A program made the translations under genes and the position numbers. Under the pieces are notes generated by a model that did no database searches, had not been told where the DNA came from, and worked only from the letters and a program-made list of their open reading frames with translations. A stretch of DNA of 64,000 nt from Chrysomallon squamiferum (Eukaryota; Animalia; Mollusca): positions 13,392,001-13,456,000 of the forward strand of contig CM022677.1 in the NCBI GenBank assembly GCA_012295275.1, given 5' to 3'. Shown here piece by piece: positions 1 to 15,100 of the stretch. Numbering within the stretch: position 1 is the first letter of the stretch; each line of letters starts with the position of its first letter.

Positions 1-1891
1 AGGCGGTTAGGATTAAACTGGTATTTAGAAATAGGTGAAAGTCAACCAATATCCTCACCTGACCAGGCCTACAGAAGATTTGATGTTGATGATTATGCTA
101 GACTACATGTTGATGACACAAGATTCCTAACTGAAGAGAGATACCTGATGTACATGATTCCAAACTGATCCAAGAATATTTACCTTTTTTTTCACCCTTG
201 AAGACTGAATGAAAACAGTAATAATAACATGTTTATTAGGATGTCAGCATTCACGTTAATATTAAGTTTAGAGGATGCTATAACTATTGGTAAACATTTC
301 TTCAGGCCTACCTGTAGTTTAGATTGCGTAGCATATGCCATTGACTAATAGTTCATAAGCTAATAAGTTTTCTCAAGAGCACTTAGCAGGATATACATGA
401 TAATTATGCGTAACAAAACCAGCAAACTGTAAAGAAGTCAGAGCTAGAGGAGAGGGTATTATTTTTCTTTAAAAATTGAGAAATACATTAATGTGCTTTT
501 TTTTACGTGTTCATTATATATATATATCGATAATGTCCTTTTCTAAATTAATAACACTGCATTTTATTATTTGTTAAAAACAAAGAAAAAAGTTCAGCGA
601 AAACAATGGTGCGATTTACACGTGAAATTTTACTACAGTTGATATGGGTAACTGTAAGTGATAACAACGATGATATTTACTCATACAGAAAACCCGAGTA
701 TTGAGAAATACAGAGTGTACACCAGAATCTTGCTACATTTCAGTTCTAAAATGTGCTCCAGTTTTGTTTATTATCTTATAAGTGGATTTATGTCAGCATG
801 GTCCAGCATGCTTAGGTAGTTATAAAGATTTGTTCGGTATCATTCGTCATTTTCCGGCTGCGAAGGCAGTTGCATGTAAAATTATTATTATGATACAGCT
901 GAATGACAAAATTAGTATATTTTTATACTGTTCTTCGCCTCAGAAAATGTTTATAAAGGGTTGTCATTCATTTACTTATTTATTTATTGAAACTACTGTC
1001 GTAATCGAGACCTGTCTTCAACTCGCACCAGACCGTTTTACTCTTGAACGATGAACGATAAAAGAAAGAATAACGTTGTATAACAATAAATTTTCTTTTA
1101 TTAATAATATTATTATTTCTCTTCAAAACAGACATCACAGGAAGAAATCCTACTTTTAGAAACTTGGGTCATGGTGTAAGATTCTAATTATGTTTATGTA
1201 AATAATGTTCAGTTTCATAAACAATGGAAGTTTACTAAACATTTCTTTCTTTTTGTTTACAGTAAAGCTGGAGAAGTAAATATAATAATCCTACATCTCA
1301 GTTTGGAAATGTGTTACAGTTTTGTTTTGTTATCTTATAAATGGATTTAAAATCACCACGGTGTGTGTGTGAGTGTGTGTGAAATAAATATATTTTATTT
1401 CATTTTAATTTTAATTTTATTTTTTCATTTAACAGTGAAAAAACAATTATTTAAATAAAATACATATTTTGATGGATGTAAATAACTATTTTAAAAATGT
1501 TAATTGAATTAATAAATTAATAAACTAAAATGAAAGTTACTAGTGTAATAATATCTCCCATGCACATGCGCAGTCTATAAAGATTTACGTCAGCGGATTT
1601 AAATTCGGGTATAAATAAAACATCCAACGGTTTTACGTCAGTTGACATGCGAATGCCAATACTAGTAGGTCATATTTCTTTTTTTTTTTTTTTTTTTTTA
1701 AATTTATTTTTAGTCCAAAGTGAATTTTTTTTTTAAATTTATTATAATCAATAATAGCAGTTAACTGTATATTTAGTTAGTATTATTATCATTATAAATA
1801 ATTATTCTTCTATAAGAAGAGCAGTTACGAAATGAATTTGAATAAAATAACTTAACTTTCTTATTTTTATTTTATATTTATTTATTTATTC

Positions 1892-1931
<40 letters not shown>

Positions 1932-2385
1932 GTTATTATTATTATTATTGTTATTTTAATTTCAAACAAAAATAACTGGGGGTTTTAATTTCTAAAATCT
2001 AACTAAAAAATACGCTAAATAATGGAGACTCGCGAAATTTGCCGAGTACTGCCGGTCAATACAAACATATTTACTGGGCGAGGCCATTTTGGTAAAGGTT
2101 TTCTTTACTGATAAAGAAGAAATCAAACAATTCTGAAGACATTATTTTAAAACGCAATTAGGAAATTCCATCATGAAATTAAAAAAAATAAAAAATAAAA
2201 AAACTATCATAATAATATTATTTAAAAAATAAATATGTGATTAAATGAAACAAAATAAACTGACAAATAAACACAATAAAATAAAGTAAGGAAATAGAGG
2301 AAAAAAGACAAATTACAAAATAAGCTGATTATTTAAAATAGATTTTTGCATTTCTCTATGTATCTGAGTGTATTACCTTTTAATC

Positions 2386-2456
<71 letters not shown>

Positions 2457-2494
2457 TGTGTGCTCTCAACATGACTATAACAACTGCTTATCAG

Positions 2495-3240
2495 ATTTGT
2501 CGACTTATACATAGGTAATGCTTTTGTAGCTGTTGCTGAAGAGTCGCCATTTTGACTATTTTTTTGCTACGGGATGCATCTAAAATAATCGCGGTCTTTC
2601 AGCTTTTCAAAAATATAATTTTATCCTATACAGAATTTTGAAAAATTAAATAACAAAACCAAATATGAATGTAAAACATGATATTCTTCCGTTTAATGAC
2701 ATAAAAATACATTTTAAAGCGAGAAAACCGTCAGTACGGCGTTATGCCTTACGGCGTCTTACAATGATCTAGGAATGCAGACTTCTCTGCCAAGTTGCAC
2801 TAAATATCGGTCCTAATTTCATAAACAAAACTCACTTGTTTAATTGTAAAGAATTTGGTGAAATAATATTGCAATCGTCATTAATATCCACTACCGACAA
2901 ATTTTCTAAATCACAGAACGGCTAAATATAACGGTAAGTTAGGTCTCCATGTTAGACCTATTACATTAAAGAGATACTATTTATGATACATTTAGGCTAT
3001 AGCTCGTGCAATACATGCATTTACGTTATTATGGTATGTTCGTGCAAGTTACAGCTCGTGCAAGTTATGTTACAGTAGGTGTACAATGTAGGCCTTCATG
3101 GCACTGTCACACTGGTTTAAAAATAGTGACGGTGCCTGGAATCTACAGTCGACTTATACACAAGTAATACCTAAAATGACGCAATTTTTGGTCTTAAAAT
3201 ACACATCGACTTATACATAAGGTCGCCTTGTACACCAGTA
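2495..3240. mobile_element. Possible pogo/Tc1-mariner non-autonomous remnant
   Basis: Repeated TCGACTTATAC motifs (~2500, ~3149, ~3206), of the kind seen subterminally in such elements. Confidence 0.35.
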
Positions 3241-4242
3241 TTAATATTAATATCAAATGAATGATTTTGTCAACTTTATATGTAAATAAATGTTAGCAGA
3301 GTTTGGAACACACAGTATGACATATTATGAAACAATTTCTTCAAAATGGCAATCCAAAACTTTGGAACAATTTGACCGAGAATTTTAAATATTTTGTTTC
3401 TGAAATCAGGATAAAAAGTTACTCAACCTTGTAACCTAAACTGAAAATCACTTTTGAGTACCTAACAACTCCTCCAACAACAAAAAGCAACAAGAACAAT
3501 AATATAGATAAAGAAAAAGTAACATTGATAATAACAATACTTGAAATATAAATATAAGTTTTAAAAGCTATGACACAATAAAGCCGCAAAAACTTGTCTG
3601 TCTGTATATAGAAAGGGCTTTCAAAGCAATAGCACTGTATTCAAAATTAGAAAAAATAGCAATACCCTATGTAGGTAAATCTATTATCATAATCTAACAA
3701 TCTGTCTATCTCTATAACCAATTAAATGTTGTTATGTTAATGTACTAATTAGCCATTCCCTTTGGAAATGTTGCCACCCCTACACCACGGTGAGGTTCAG
3801 TACACGTAGGGGATGTTAGTAAAATAATAAATTTCATGATATGAAATCACATCACATATAAACCTTAAATATGTGTGTGTGTGTTTGAAAATAGATTTTA
3901 ATTTATTTTGAATGCATTTTTAAAATCACTATCCACAAACAATTTAAACCCTGTACACCTGTCATTTTAGACGCGAAACTCACATTATGTAATAAATTCA
4001 TGCAAAGTTCCAAGCTATATGTTCATTATGTGAACATTAGCCCTGGTTGTGAAATCCTTGTGCAAAGATTAACGTTAGTGAAACAAACAGATAAAACGTA
4101 TAAGTAAAACAAAATGTACTGCAATTAAAAAATAAAATAAAAATAGAAATAGTTCTAACAACAGAAATACATTTAATAGATATTTTTGGATTATATATAA
4201 TTTTGTTTTCTCCTACAATGTTATTGCAGTTATCAATACGAA

Positions 4243-4935
4243 ATGGGAAAAGTAAGAGCGTCTAAGAAACGGAAAGCACAGGATGATGAGTGCCCTGAAA
4301 AGCCTCCAAAAGGGCGAACGATTTCCGAACGTGACCCTGGAGAAACATCATGTAGAGGACCAGGGAGATCAACATCTAGGAAACGGAAAGCACAGGATGA
4401 TGGGCGCCCTGAAAAGCCTCCAAAAGGGCGAACGATTTCCGAACGTGACTCTGTAAAAGCAGCATCTGAAGAAAGACCAGGGATGTCAACATCACCAACA
4501 CCTAGCACTGCTGAATCAACACAACAGCCTGAATCAGATAAGTCACCTACTTGTTCTTTGTGTTCAGAATAATTTTTAGATAAGTGTCATGCAGACTCGT
4601 GTTTACATGAATTTTGTTTCAGCTGTTTGGAGAGGTGGTCTAGAAGCAGAAGAAATTGTCCAGTTTGCTCTGCAAGATTCACCGCCATCGTGTACAACTT
4701 AAGAGATGGAAACTGCGAGATGTTCACATTGCCACCTCTCAGAGTCAAAAGAGTCAGACGACATTCTGCAGCTGGATTCATCAGACGTATATTTACGTTC
4801 ATCGGTCGTATATTTACGTATATTAGTCGTATATTTACTTTTATTAGTCGTATATTTACTTCTCTGTTGTGGAAAATCTTATTTGTTCTAATCGAATTTT
4901 GTCTTCTGATAGGTCGTTTACTAGGATATGCGTAA
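4243..4935 (+). pseudogene. Intronless C3HC4 RING-finger (TOPORS/ICP0-like) ORF interrupted by one in-frame stop
   Basis: ORFs 4243-4572 and 4627-4935 are in the same frame. Read-through gives CSLCSE*FLDKCHADSCLHEFCFSCLERWSRSRRNCPVCSARF (TAA at 4570-4572). It has an N-terminal tandem duplication (RKAQDD..PEKPPKGRTISERD x2) and a hydrophobic C-terminus with 21-nt repeats. Confidence 0.7.
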
Positions 4936-5394
4936 TATTAGAAACCTTACAACGTTACTCTAGGTGTATTGCTTTAACTTCAGCTGGCATCCTTCTGTCA
5001 TTGTTTTATTTTATGATGATGATAGTAACAGTAATAGATACAGACATTTATTTGTAAAATATTTATTTGAAGTTGGTAATATCTGCAGTGATAATAACAT
5101 TTTGTCCCTTTTGCCCCAGCATATCAGTGCTATAGGGATTGTTTTGATGATGTTGATGGCTGGTTGTATACTTACAGCTCCTTGCAGGGGTGATNNNNNN
5201 NNNNNNNNNNNNNNNNNNNNNNNNNNNNNNNNNNNNNNNNNNNNNNNNNNNNNNNNNNNNNNNNNNNNNNNNNNNNNNNNNNNNNNNNNNNNNNNNNNNN
5301 NNNNNNNNNNNNNNNNNNNNNNNNNNNNNNNNNNNNNNNNNNNNNNNNNNNNNNNNNNNNNNNNNNNNNNNNNNNNNNNNNNNNNNNNNNNNNN

Positions 5395-8300
5395 TCATTT
5401 AGATTCAGTGGACATCAGTTCTTGTAAATAGCTTTTTTCTACGATGACTGAAATAAAAATATTACATTCAAACATTTTAACAAGACCCACTATAATTTTA
5501 TATTTTATCATTTGAATCTGAAGTAATGTTTTCAACCAATAATAAGTACAGTTAATTTAACTGAAATAAAATAAAGTTTAATTATATTTATTTAAACAGT
5601 CTTGTTGGACCTCTATTTTTCATTGTATATATATATATATATATATTTTCTTTCTTAAAGCAGTAACTTCCATTTTACTTTTAATTAAGTACATAAATTA
5701 ATATATTTTATAAAAATTGACAACAAGTAAGATCAGTAATATTTATCTGTTAATTTTTGAACATACATTTTCTAATTACAGTCCTTTTCTCCCAACTGCT
5801 GTATCAATGTCACGTTTTGTCTTTTTCTTTGCATCTACAGATACCATTATTTAAAAAAAGAAAATTATATATAATAATAATATTAAAATATTCTCATATG
5901 GCATTAAATGATTTATATTTTACAGTTTATAAAGTCTAGTTGTAAACTGAATTACCTTTCCATTATACTCAGCATCTGATTTCAAACACTTGAACTCATC
6001 TGAGTTTCTGAGTTTGTACAAATTTCTTTTAACACCACAAACTGGAGAAGCGATTGTTCTTCACTGAATTGTACTACAATGTTTAGTGTTCATAATCAGC
6101 AAGTTTCTTCAGTTTTGTGTCAAACTTTATAATTAACAAGATTGTTCACCATAAATAAACAAAATAATATTTTGGATGTCTTTTTTTCTTGGATTTTAAT
6201 AATAAAGAGTTCACTTTGCTTTTATCTTTTTATTTATTTATTTTTAATTTCCAAAACATAGGATGTTGTATATAAGATTTTTGTTAATAATAACTTTTCT
6301 GTTTTACTTATTTTCTTAATTATATTAGCTTAATTATATCTTTGAAACCAATAAAACCAGCAGTTTCAAACCTTTGGTCTGTAGAGAATATTCTGCCCAG
6401 ACAATATGGAAGCAACTGCAAGAATTCTGACATGATCACTTCGTGGACAACATGGACTGCAGTGGAAGTTCAGTCAGTCATCTGTAAATATAACACAGAA
6501 GTACATGAATTATTAAAACTTATAATATACATGATTAATATTTATATGATTAATAGTTTGTTAAATTTTTAATTTATCAGTATTTAAATTGATAAATGTT
6601 CTAATTACAACTAGTTTTAATAAATAAGAATCTGAAATGATCCCAGAGCTCACTTTATCCTTGAAACATTACCGTTTCCCATTCCACACTGAGCTCCATT
6701 AATAATTTATCTTGTATTGTGTCTGCGCTGGGTCTTAAACCACCATTAATTTCTACAGATTTTGGAATAATGTTTTAAAGAAATAAACAGTTTTATAAAT
6801 TGTTAAATTCTAAATGAAAATTAGGATTATGTGATATCAGGTTTTAATTTTTGATCTTTTTTTTAAACATTTACAGTGTTTAAAGTTAAATTCTGTTAAT
6901 TTACATCTAATAAAAATAACAATAAATAAATAATTAGTAAAATAATAGGTCTGTTTCAATAGCTATTATATCGAGGAGAAACGTGATTTATTAAAAAATT
7001 TTAGCTGCTTTTCCTAATTATTTTCTTTCCTTATTTTATTTTCTAGTCAAATTGGTTATCAAGTATTTTATTTCACAGTGGTAATCACTGTAATAAAGTT
7101 AGAGAGAAAACTGTAAACTATGAATTAAACTGACTGCTGTGTTTTCTGTAGTCAATGTGTAAGTCAGTGTATGAAGTGTGGGTAGGCACAGAATCAAATC
7201 ACATTAGTGCTTACATCAGACTGTTTCTGGCTCCATTATAAAAGAAAGTGAAATGTGTCTTCCTGTCCATGTGTGCACACATAATTAAACATTTCAGACA
7301 GAAAATACTTGAATCTAGAAAACACAATAGATTTAGATAATTAAACCATTCAACACAATCTGCAAATATTTCTGTTTTTCAGGTCAAAAGGATATTTTCT
7401 AAGTCATTCTCAGACAGTATTTACTAATAATAATTGTATTTATGTTTGTAGAGAGGAAGGAATGTGATGATATATTCTTCTAGATAAGATGAACAACAAA
7501 CTTGCCAAGTTGGGTCCTTTACTTTTCTGTAAAGTACTTTGTTTTCAAGAAATAATCTGTCCCATTGCCAGATTAGCATGAAGAAACCTGATTCTTCTAA
7601 TCTTCTCTCAGCTCTGCATGATAGCCATGTAATACAGCAATCTCCTTATTAACATGTCTTTTGCCTGCATCACTGCTAGTTCTTCTAAAGCTGGGAGATG
7701 ATGTTGTGGCTTCCATAGTTTCATTAAATTGTTCCATTAAATTGTTTACTGTGTGACTTTTCTTCCACCACCTTTTATAACGTGTCTCATTGGTTGTGTA
7801 ACTTCTGTATCTAGCAGTATCTCTAAAGCAGCTTCCACTGAAGTAGATGTCATTCTGTGAAATTTCTTCCTGGATAGGCCATCAGCATTCTTATTGTGTT
7901 GAATGATATTTCACATCAAAATCAAATTGTGCCAGCTGAGACCCCCATGTTTATTCCACTGCATGTAGTTTTGTGTTATCAAGACGACTTACTGGATTGT
8001 TGTCTGTATATATGGTAAATTGATGTTTGAGAAGATAATTTTCAATCTTTTCAGTCACAGCTCATTTCAGACAAGCTCTAATTTCCTGGAACTGTTATTA
8101 TTCATGTTTCTCTCAGTGGGTCTCAAGCTCTGTCTAACATATGTAATTTCTTCCCTTTGCCCATTTTGCTCCTGTGACAGTACTGCTCCCACTTCCTGAA
8201 AACTTGAAAAGTTCACTGAAATCAGCGTTTCCTGATATTGGAGCTGAAGTTAACTTCTCTTTTAAAAGTATCTCTTTTGACAACTCTTGTACCAAGCACC

Positions 8301-9446
8301 CTTTAACAATTCTTGATTTTTTCTTATCTCAGAACCTGTTCACCAAAGAATGCAAAGGTCGAGCAGTAACTGAGAATCCTTTAATGTATGATCTGAAGTA
8401 ACTGGCAAACTTTGGTGTCTTTGGAACTTCCCATTCAAGAACAGCCTTTATTTTGTCTGGATCTGTAACTACCCCATCTCTAGACATCACGTCCTAGATA
8501 TTCCACTTCTTTCTTAAGGAAAGAGCGTTTGCTTGGTTTTAGTTTGAGCCCATGCTGTTTTAAAATGTTTAATACCTCTTCTAGTTTATCTATGCACACA
8601 TAAAAAAACAGAACACTGAAATATCTGCTCTGTAAAGCAATGCTGCATGAGTCTTTAAAATGTGGCTGGTGCTTCTGATAAACCAAACAGCATACGATTG
8701 ATTCAAACAAACCCATTGGAGTGATGAATGCAGTTTTGTCTTTGTTTTTATCCTCAACTGCAACTTGGTTGTATTCACTGGCCATATCCGTGTAGTGAAC
8801 CAATTTGCTCTGTGCAAAGCATCTAATGACTCTTCTATTGTAGGTAGTGGAAAGCAGTCTTTCCTAGTTTTAGCATTCAGCCACCTGTAGTCCACACACA
8901 GATGAATTGTGTTGTCTGTTTTTCTCAATAGGAGATGAATATGGGCTATTTTATTTAATTTAATTTTTTATCAAAATATACAGAAACCTTGAGATATGTG
9001 TACATTTCCAGATTTCTAAATAAAACAATTTAACTCAATGTTTTTTCTTGATACAATATAAGGACCATCTATGGACACTGATATTATAAAATACAGAATC
9101 ATTAATTTAAACTATTACAAAGATTTAAACTTACGATGTTTAGCATGTTTAATTAATCATATAACATTGTTTAATAATGTAAAAACTCTGAGATCAAAAT
9201 AATGATTAAAATTACTATTATAATTTCATTTTTTTTTTTTTTTTTTTTTTTTGATAATTAAACCAATATAACTTCATATTACCTTGTTGAATAAATTGAT
9301 ATTACGTTAACCTCAACAGGGCCTCCTGCACTTTTTGATCACTGATCTCTAGAACACCATAAATCAATCCTGAAAGAAAGATTTAGAATAATAATAATAA
9401 CAATAATAATAATAATAATAATAATAATAGTAACAATAACAATAAC

Positions 9447-9477
<31 letters not shown>

Positions 9478-10278
9478 TACTTTAATATAGGATACACATT
9501 CTAAAAAAAAAAATAAGAATAATATATTTTCATATAGGATGTGCACACTGAAAGAAAACAATTAACAGAAAACACAACAGAACAAATAGAAGTACGCATG
9601 TAACATCAAGCAGAATGCTGATATGACAGAAACAATGGTGCCATTAATAGAAATACTAATAATATATTTTGAGACAGGATGAGAACTGATGACATCAATA
9701 ACAGTATGAACAATGCCGTTACGTCACTGATATAAAGAATAATACTATATTGTGAGACAGGATTATCCCTGTCACAAGTAAGAAAAATAAAAACAAGAAT
9801 TCACAAAAACATTAAGAATAACATTGGTGTGATGGCAACGTCAGCGACATTAATAGTAATATATTCCTCACAGAAAGCGACAGTAACTATTAAGAGAAAG
9901 CACAACAGAATACACCAATACGATCAAGAAGAACACAGATACCATGGCAACGACGGCAACATTGATACAAATAAGAATAATCTATCTTACTACAGGATGA
10001 GCACACATAAAGTGAGAATAACTATTAATAAAAAGAGAATAAAGAGAAGTACACCAGTAAAATGAAGAAGAATGCAGATATGAAGGTAACAATATTGGGT
10101 GCACACTAAGAAAGTAAGAATAATAGTTAATAAAAAGAGCAAAATAATAAAGAGGAATACAACACAGATATGACGTCGCCGATATTAATGTTAATAATAA
10201 TAATCTATTTCAACAGAGGATGCACACACTGAAAATGAGACTAACTAATAATAGAAAGCACAACACAATAAGTAGAAC
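5395..10278. repeat. Left arm of ~4.9 kb near-perfect inverted repeat (partner 11342-16221)
   Basis: TCATTTAGATTCAGTGGACATC at 5395 is the reverse complement of the sequence ending at ~16221. Identical ORFs occur on opposite strands (9829+ / 11790-; 8928- / 12693+). Confidence 0.95.
7470..8930 (-). mobile_element. Degenerate Ty3/Gypsy pol fragment (RT-RNase H-integrase N-terminus), inverted copy
   Basis: LCVDYRWLNAKTRKDCFPLPTIEESLD, DKTAFITPMGLFE and LKLKPSK..FLKKEVEYLG motifs; frameshifted. Confidence 0.85.
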
Positions 10279-10350
10279 TACATTAACTTGAGACAGGATG
10301 TGCACACTGAAAATGAGACTAACTAACAATAGAAAGCACAACACAATATG
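9480..10350. repeat. Decayed satellite-like tandem repeat (mirrored at ~11340-12130)
   Basis: Recurring GGATG(T/C)GCACACTGAAA and GAGACAGGAT motifs at roughly 60-150 bp spacing. Confidence 0.5.
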
Positions 10351-10554
10351 TGTCTATAGGTGTGTGTGTGTGTATAAAAACAAAGCAAAAAAACATTACT
10401 GTATTGGATAGTTAAATACAACATATTATTTTGATAGTTTAAAAAAAAATAATTGGGATAAAAAATTATGGCTATATATGTATTATAATCTGGCATTTTG
10501 AAATAAAGAAATGAAATTCAATTTAACAAAAAAGGTTGATAATAATAGCGATAA

Positions 10555-10591
<37 letters not shown>

Positions 10592-11341
10592 GCGATAAAA
10601 TAATAATAATAATAATAAAGAAAAAAGAAAAGAAAGAAAGAAATAGAAAGAACACTTAGCTACCGTGTCAAAGTATCTGAAATTGTGGTGTTTATTATGT
10701 ATGAAACTCTGCTATTATCACCTTGACCATCACAGTGATCAGTGTCCTCCTTGATCAAAGTTGATAATTTTATTGATTCTGTGAAAACGTAAGTTTTATG
10801 ATATTCAAGAATGTGCGTAGAAAAATTAATTATTTAGGAAAACAAAAAAGGGACAGATGCAGAAAAAGAATATCAATTTTAAGGATTACATTCTGTTAGA
10901 AATATAAAAATACCACAACATTTAGTGCAAAACTACTTAAAGTTCTATAAATAAAAATAAGAGGAATTTTAAAGAACAAATTATTCCTAGGAAAAACATA
11001 CCAAAATAACCAATAAAATTCCATTTTAATTAACACACTGTACTACTTTGGATTTGAAACTAAATTATACCTTAAAATTAACATATCTAAATTTAAAGGC
11101 TTAAAGTCTTACCTGCTGTCTTACTCTGGTATTTATTATTTGCTATCGCAGCTTTAAAACTGTAGCGTCTTATGCCAGAAGATGAATCTGTTTCTTCTTT
11201 GTCACCTCAGTTCAAGGTTATGGTGCTGCTCTCTTGTCTCATATCATGAACAGTTCTTTGATGATAGCTTGTGAGTATTCCATTGTGTTGGAACTGCTGC
11301 AGGTAGTAAGGTTTGCATTATGATCCAGTCCAGACTGACAC

Positions 11342-12137
11342 TTCTACTTATTGTGTTGTGCTTTCTATTATTAGTTAGTCTCATTTTCAGTGTGTGCATC
11401 CTCTGTTGAAATAGATTATTATTATTAACATTAATATCGGCGACGTCATATCTGTGTTGTATTCCTCTTTATTATTTTGCTCTTTTTATTAACTATTATT
11501 CTTACTTTCTTAGTGTGCACCCAATATTGTTACCTTCATATCTGCATTCTTCTTCATTTTACTGGTGTACTTCTCTTTATTCTCTTTTTATTAATAGTTA
11601 TTCTCACTTTATGTGTGCTCATCCTGTAGTAAGATAGATTATTCTTATTTGTATCAATGTTGCCGTCGTTGCCATGGTATCTGTGTTCTTCTTGATCGTA
11701 TTGGTGTATTCTGTTGTGCTTTCTCTTAATAGTTACTGTCGCTTTCTGTGAGGAATATATTACTATTAATGTCGCTGACGTTGCCATCACACCAATGTTA
11801 TTCTTAATGTTTTTGTGAATTCTTGTTTTTATTTTTCTTACTTGTGACAGGGATAATCCTGTCTCACAATATAGTATTATTCTTTATATCAGTGACGTAA
11901 CGGCATTGTTCATACTGTTATTGATGTCATCAGTTCTCATCCTGTCTCAAAATATATTATTAGTATTTCTATTAATGGCACCATTGTTTCTGTCATATCA
12001 GCATTCTGCTTGATGTTACATGCGTACTTCTATTTGTTCTGTTGTGTTTTCTGTTAATTGTTTTCTTTCAGTGTGCACATCCTATATGAAAATATATTAT
12101 TCTTATTTTTTTAGAATGTGTATCCTATATTAAAGTA

Positions 12138-12171
<34 letters not shown>

Positions 12172-15100
12172 GTTATTGTTATTGTTACTATTATTATTAT
12201 TATTATTATTATTATTGTTATTATTATTATTCTAAATCTTTCTTTCAGGATTGATTTATGGTGTTCTAGAGATCAGTGATCAAAAAGTGCAGGAGGCCCT
12301 GTTGAGGTTAACGTAATATCAATTTATTCAACAAGGTAATATGAAGTTATATTGGTTTAATTATCAAAAAAAAAAAAAAAAAAAAAAAAAAATGAAATTA
12401 TAATAGTAATTTTAATCATTATTTTGATCTCAGAGTTTTTACATTATTAAACAATGTTATATGATTAATTAAACATGCTAAACATCGTAAGTTTAAATCT
12501 TTGTAATAGTTTAAATTAATGATTCTGTATTTTATAATATCAGTGTCCATAGATGGTCCTTATATTGTATCAAGAAAAAACATTGAGTTAAATTGTTTTA
12601 TTTAGAAATCTGGAAATGTACACATATCTCAAGGTTTCTGTATATTTTGATAAAAAATTAAATTAAATAAAATAGCCCATATTCATCTCCTATTGAGAAA
12701 AACAGACAACACAATTCATCTGTGTGTGGACTACAGGTGGCTGAATGCTAAAACTAGGAAAGACTGCTTTCCACTACCTACAATAGAAGAGTCATTAGAT
12801 GCTTTGCACAGAGCAAATTGGTTCACTACACGGATATGGCCAGTGAATACAACCAAGTTGCAGTTGAGGATAAAACAAAGACAAAACTGCATTCATCACT
12901 CCAATGGGTTTGTTTGAATCAATCGTATGCTGTTTGGTTTATCAGAAGCACCAGCCACATTTTAAAGACTCATGCAGCATTGCTTTACAGAGCAGATATT
13001 TCAGTGTTCTGTTTTTTTATGTGTGCATAGATAAACTAGAAGAGGTATTAAACATTTTAAAACAGCATGGGCTCAAACTAAAACCAAGCAAACGCTCTTT
13101 CCTTAAGAAAGAAGTGGAATATCTAGGACGTGATGTCTAGAGATGGGGTAGTTACAGATCCAGACAAAATAAAGGCTGTTCTTGAATGGGAAGTTCCAAA
13201 GACACCAAAGTTTGCCAGTTACTTCAGATCATACATTAAAGGATTCTCAGTTACTGCTCGACCTTTGCATTCTTTGGTGAACAGGTTCTGAGATAAGAAA
13301 AATCAAGAATTGTTAAAGGGTGCTTGGTACAAGAGTTGTCAAAAGAGATACTTTAAAAGAGAAGTTAACTTCAGCTCCAATATCAGGAAACGCTGATTTC
13401 AGTGAACTTTTCAAGTTTTCAGGAAGTGGGAGCAGTACTGTCACAGGAGCAAAATGGGCAAAGTGAAGAAATTACATATGTTAGACAGAGCTTGAGACCC
13501 ACTGAGAGAAACATGAATAATAACAGTTCCAGGAAATTAGAGCTTGTCTGAAATGAGCTGTGACTGAAAAGATTGAAAATTATCTTCTCAAACATCAATT
13601 TACCATATATACAGACAACAATCCAGTAAGTCGTCTTGATAACACAAAACTACATGCAGTGGAATAAACATGGGGGTCTCAGCTGGCACAATTTGATTTT
13701 GATGTGAAATATCATTCAACACAATAAGAATGCTGATGGCCTATCCAGGAAGAAATTTCACAGAATGACATCTACTTCAGTGGAAGCTGCTTTAGAGATA
13801 CTGCTAGATACAGAAGTTACACAACCAATGAGACACGTTATAAAAGGTGGTGGAAGAAAAGTCACACAGTAAACAATTTAATGGAACAATTTAATGAAAC
13901 TATGGAAGCCACAACATCATCTCCCAGCTTTAGAAGAACTAGCAGTGATGCAGGCAAAAGACATGTTAATAAGGAGATTGCTGTATTACATGGCTATCAT
14001 GCAGAGCTGAGAGAAGATTAGAAGAATCAGGTTTCTTCATGCTAATCTGGCAATGGGACAGATTATTCCTTGAAAACAAAGCACTTTACAGAAAAGTAAA
14101 GGACCCAACTTGGCAAGTTTGCTGTTCATCTTATCTAGAAGAAATATCATCACATTCCTTCCTCTCTACAAACATAAATACAATTATTATTAGTAAATAC
14201 TGTCTTAGAATGACTTAGAAAATATCCTTTTGACCTGAAAAACAGAAATATTTGCAGATTGTGTTGAATGGTTTAATTATCTAAATCTATTGTGTTTTCT
14301 AGATTCAAGTATTTTCTGTCTGAAATGTTTAATTATGTGTGCACACATGGACAGGAAGACACATTTCACTTTCTTTTATAATGGAGCCAGAAACAGTCTG
14401 ATGTAAGCACTAATGTGATTTGATTCTGTGCCTACCCACACTTCATACACTGACTTACACATTGACTACAGAAAACACAGCAGTCAGTTTAATTCATAGT
14501 TTACAGTTTTCTCTCTAACTTTATTACAGTGATTACCACTGTGAAATAAAATACTTGATAACCAATTTGACTAGAAAATAAAATAAGGAAAGAAAATAAT
14601 TAGGAAAAGCAGCTAAAATTTTTTAATAAATCACGTTTCTCCTCGATATAATAGCTATTGAAACAGACCTATTATTTTACTAATTATTTATTTATTGTTA
14701 TTTTTATTAGATGTAAATTAACAGAATTTAACTTTAAACACTGTAAATGTTTAAAAAAAAAAGATCAAAAATTAAAACCTGATATCACATAATCCTAATT
14801 TTCATTTAGAATTTAACAATTTATAAAACTGTTTATTTCTTTAAAACATTATTCCAAAATCTGTAGAAATTAATGGTGGTTTAAGACCCAGCGCAGACAC
14901 AATACAAGATAAATTATTAATGGAGCTCAGTGTGGAATGGGAAACGGTAATGTTTCAAGGATAAAGTGAGCTCTGGGATCATTTCAGATTCTTATTTATT
15001 AAAACTAGTTGTAATTAGAACATTTATCAATTTAAATACTGATAAATTAAAAATTTAACAAACTATTAATCATATAAATATTAATCATGTATATTATAAG

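Noticed and set aside
1-230. Short open frame at the window start
   Set aside because: No recognisable motif and truncated by the window edge.
4964-5431. ORFs spanning the N-run
   Set aside because: Artefacts of the assembly gap.
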